From NCBI GenBank assembly GCA_965208105.1, contig OZ242318.1:2752001-2816000 (forward strand): a stretch of 64,000 nucleotides of DNA. Direction: 5' to 3'. Both the position numbers and the translations under genes were made by a program. The notes beneath the pieces were generated by a model. The model was not told where the DNA came from. It saw only the letters and a program-made list of their open reading frames with translations, and made no database searches. The stretch is from Candidatus Latescibacterota bacterium. Lineage in GTDB: Bacteria; Latescibacterota; UBA2968; UBA8231. Position 1 is the first letter of the stretch; each line of letters starts with the position of its first letter. Below, one piece after another: positions 62,624 to 64,000 of the stretch.

Positions 62624-64000
62624 ATGGCTACTGCCGGTTTCGTGCATCTGCACGGACACAGTGAATACAGTCTTTTGGATGGGGGCTGTTCGATAGGTGA
62701 AATGCCTGTGCGGGCCGCGGAGCACGGGATGCCGGCGCTGGCGATCACCGACCACGGCAACCTGTTTGGCGCCATAGCCCACTACAAGGCCTGCAAGGAA
62801 GCGGGCATCAAACCAATCATCGGCTGCGAGGTTTACGTGGCCATAGAAAGTCGGCATTCGCGCCAGCCCGCCCGGGGGCTCAAGCATGCCTCCAACCACC
62901 TTGTCCTGCTCGCAAAGAACACCACCGGTTACAACAACCTCACCAAACTGGTTTCTGCGGGATATCTGGAGGGCTATTACTACAACCCGAGAATTGACAA
63001 GGAGCTGCTGCGTCAACACGCCGAGGGCCTGATATGTCTTTCTGCCTGCGTAAGCGGCGAAATCCCCCACCTGATACAACAGGAAGGAGTGACTGCAGCC
63101 GAGACAGCCGCCCGCGAATACCTGGACATCTTCGGAGAGAATTACTACCTGGAGATGCAGCGCCACGGCATCGACAACGAGTCCATGATCAACGCTGGTC
63201 TTTTGGAGGTGAGTGAAAAACTAGATGTCCCCTTGGTCGCCACCAACGACTTCCACTTCCTGCGCGCCGAGGACCACGCTGCTCATGCCGCCCTGATCTG
63301 CATCCAGACCGGCAAAACCCTTGCCGATTCCGATCGCATGTGCTACCCCGACGGCCTGTACATGAAATCTCCCGATGAGATGTACCAGCTCTTCGGGGAC
63401 ATTCCCAATGCTCTCGAAAACACCCTCGAAGTTGCCGAAAAGTGCAATCTCGAATTCAATTTCAACAAAATGAACATGCCCGCCTTTCCCATTCCGGAAG
63501 GGTATGCCGACGATAATGAGTACCTCGCCCACCTTGCCGAGGAGGGACTGAAAAATCGATACCCGCGCGTAGATGCCGACCTGCAAAAGCGTCTCGACTA
63601 CGAGATAGGCGTAATCCAGAACATGGGATATGCCGGCTACTTCCTCATCGCGTGGGATTGTGTAAAGTTTGCAAGGGAAAAAAACATTTCCGTAGGACGG
63701 GGACGCGGGTCGGCCGCCGGCTCTCTCGTCGCCTACTCACTGGATATCACCGGCACCGACCCCATCAAGTACAACCTGCTCTTCGAGCGTTTCCTCGACC
63801 CCGAGCGCGGCAGCCCACCCGACATCGACCTCGACTTTGCCGACACCGAGCGCGACCAGCTCATCCGCTACCTGGCAGACAAGTACGGTGAAGCAAACGT
63901 CTGTCAAGTCATCACCTTCGGCACCATGGGCGCCAAGGCGGTGATCCGCGATGTGGGCCGCGTCCTTGGCATGCCTTATGACGAGGTGGACCGAGTGGCC
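62624..64000 (+). CDS. dnaE: DNA polymerase III alpha subunit (partial, runs off the window)
   Basis: Translated by hand: MATAGFVHLHGHSEYSLLDG, ITDHGNLFGA, KPIIGCEVY, GRGSAAGSLVAY, LFERFLDPER..PPDIDLDF. Confidence 0.97.
   Translation, partial: MATAGFVHLHGHSEYSLLDGGCSIGEMPVRAAEHGMPALAITDHGNLFGAIAHYKACKEAGIKPIIGCEVYVAIESRHSRQPARGLKHASNHLVLLAKNTTGYNNLTKLVSAGYLEGYYYNPRIDKELLRQHAEGLICLSACVSGEIPHLIQQEGVTAAETAAREYLDIFGENYYLEMQRHGIDNESMINAGLLEVSEKLDVPLVATNDFHFLRAEDHAAHAALICIQTGKTLADSDRMCYPDGLYMKSPDEMYQLFGDIPNALENTLEVAEKCNLEFNFNKMNMPAFPIPEGYADDNEYLAHLAEEGLKNRYPRVDADLQKRLDYEIGVIQNMGYAGYFLIAWDCVKFAREKNISVGRGRGSAAGSLVAYSLDITGTDPIKYNLLFERFLDPERGSPPDIDLDFADTERDQLIRYLADKYGEANVCQVITFGTMGAKAVIRDVGRVLGMPYDEVDRVA

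Overview
High-GC bacterial chromosomal window with about 50 CDS and one tRNA-Ala(GGC). No CRISPR array, prophage or intact transposase is visible. The left part is accessory/metabolic: disulfide oxidoreductase, CREST hydrolase plus a BNR-repeat glycosyl hydrolase, transporters, two tandem Gfo/Idh/MocA-like paralogs, a divergent transketolase, an EndoQ-UvrD fusion with a 1-bp frameshift, an unusual acyltransferase, PhyH dioxygenases, ybbA/ybbP/tesA, an amidohydrolase-fold protein with a Rieske partner, and a B12 radical SAM. The right part is housekeeping: comM, groEL with CIRCE but no adjacent groES, lipB, icd, moaC, argF, nrnA, SurA/PrsA-like PPIases, mfd and dnaE. Several PhyH genes, a DUF6785-like membrane protein and a cohesin-like lipoprotein suggest a Latescibacterota/Poribacteria-like organism (inference only). 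Best leads: (1) a family of ~167-bp MITE-like elements with different terminal inverted repeats around the same covarying RNA-like core, placed at gene ends; (2) the EndoQ-UvrD repair fusion with beta-clamp-binding motifs; (3) a probable amidohydrolase-related dimetal oxygenase with its Rieske donor; (4) a PlsC-fold acyltransferase with altered acceptor motifs and a large unknown N-terminus; (5) a candidate CU-rich structured RNA upstream of dnaE. All calls are from motif recognition by eye; no database searches were run.
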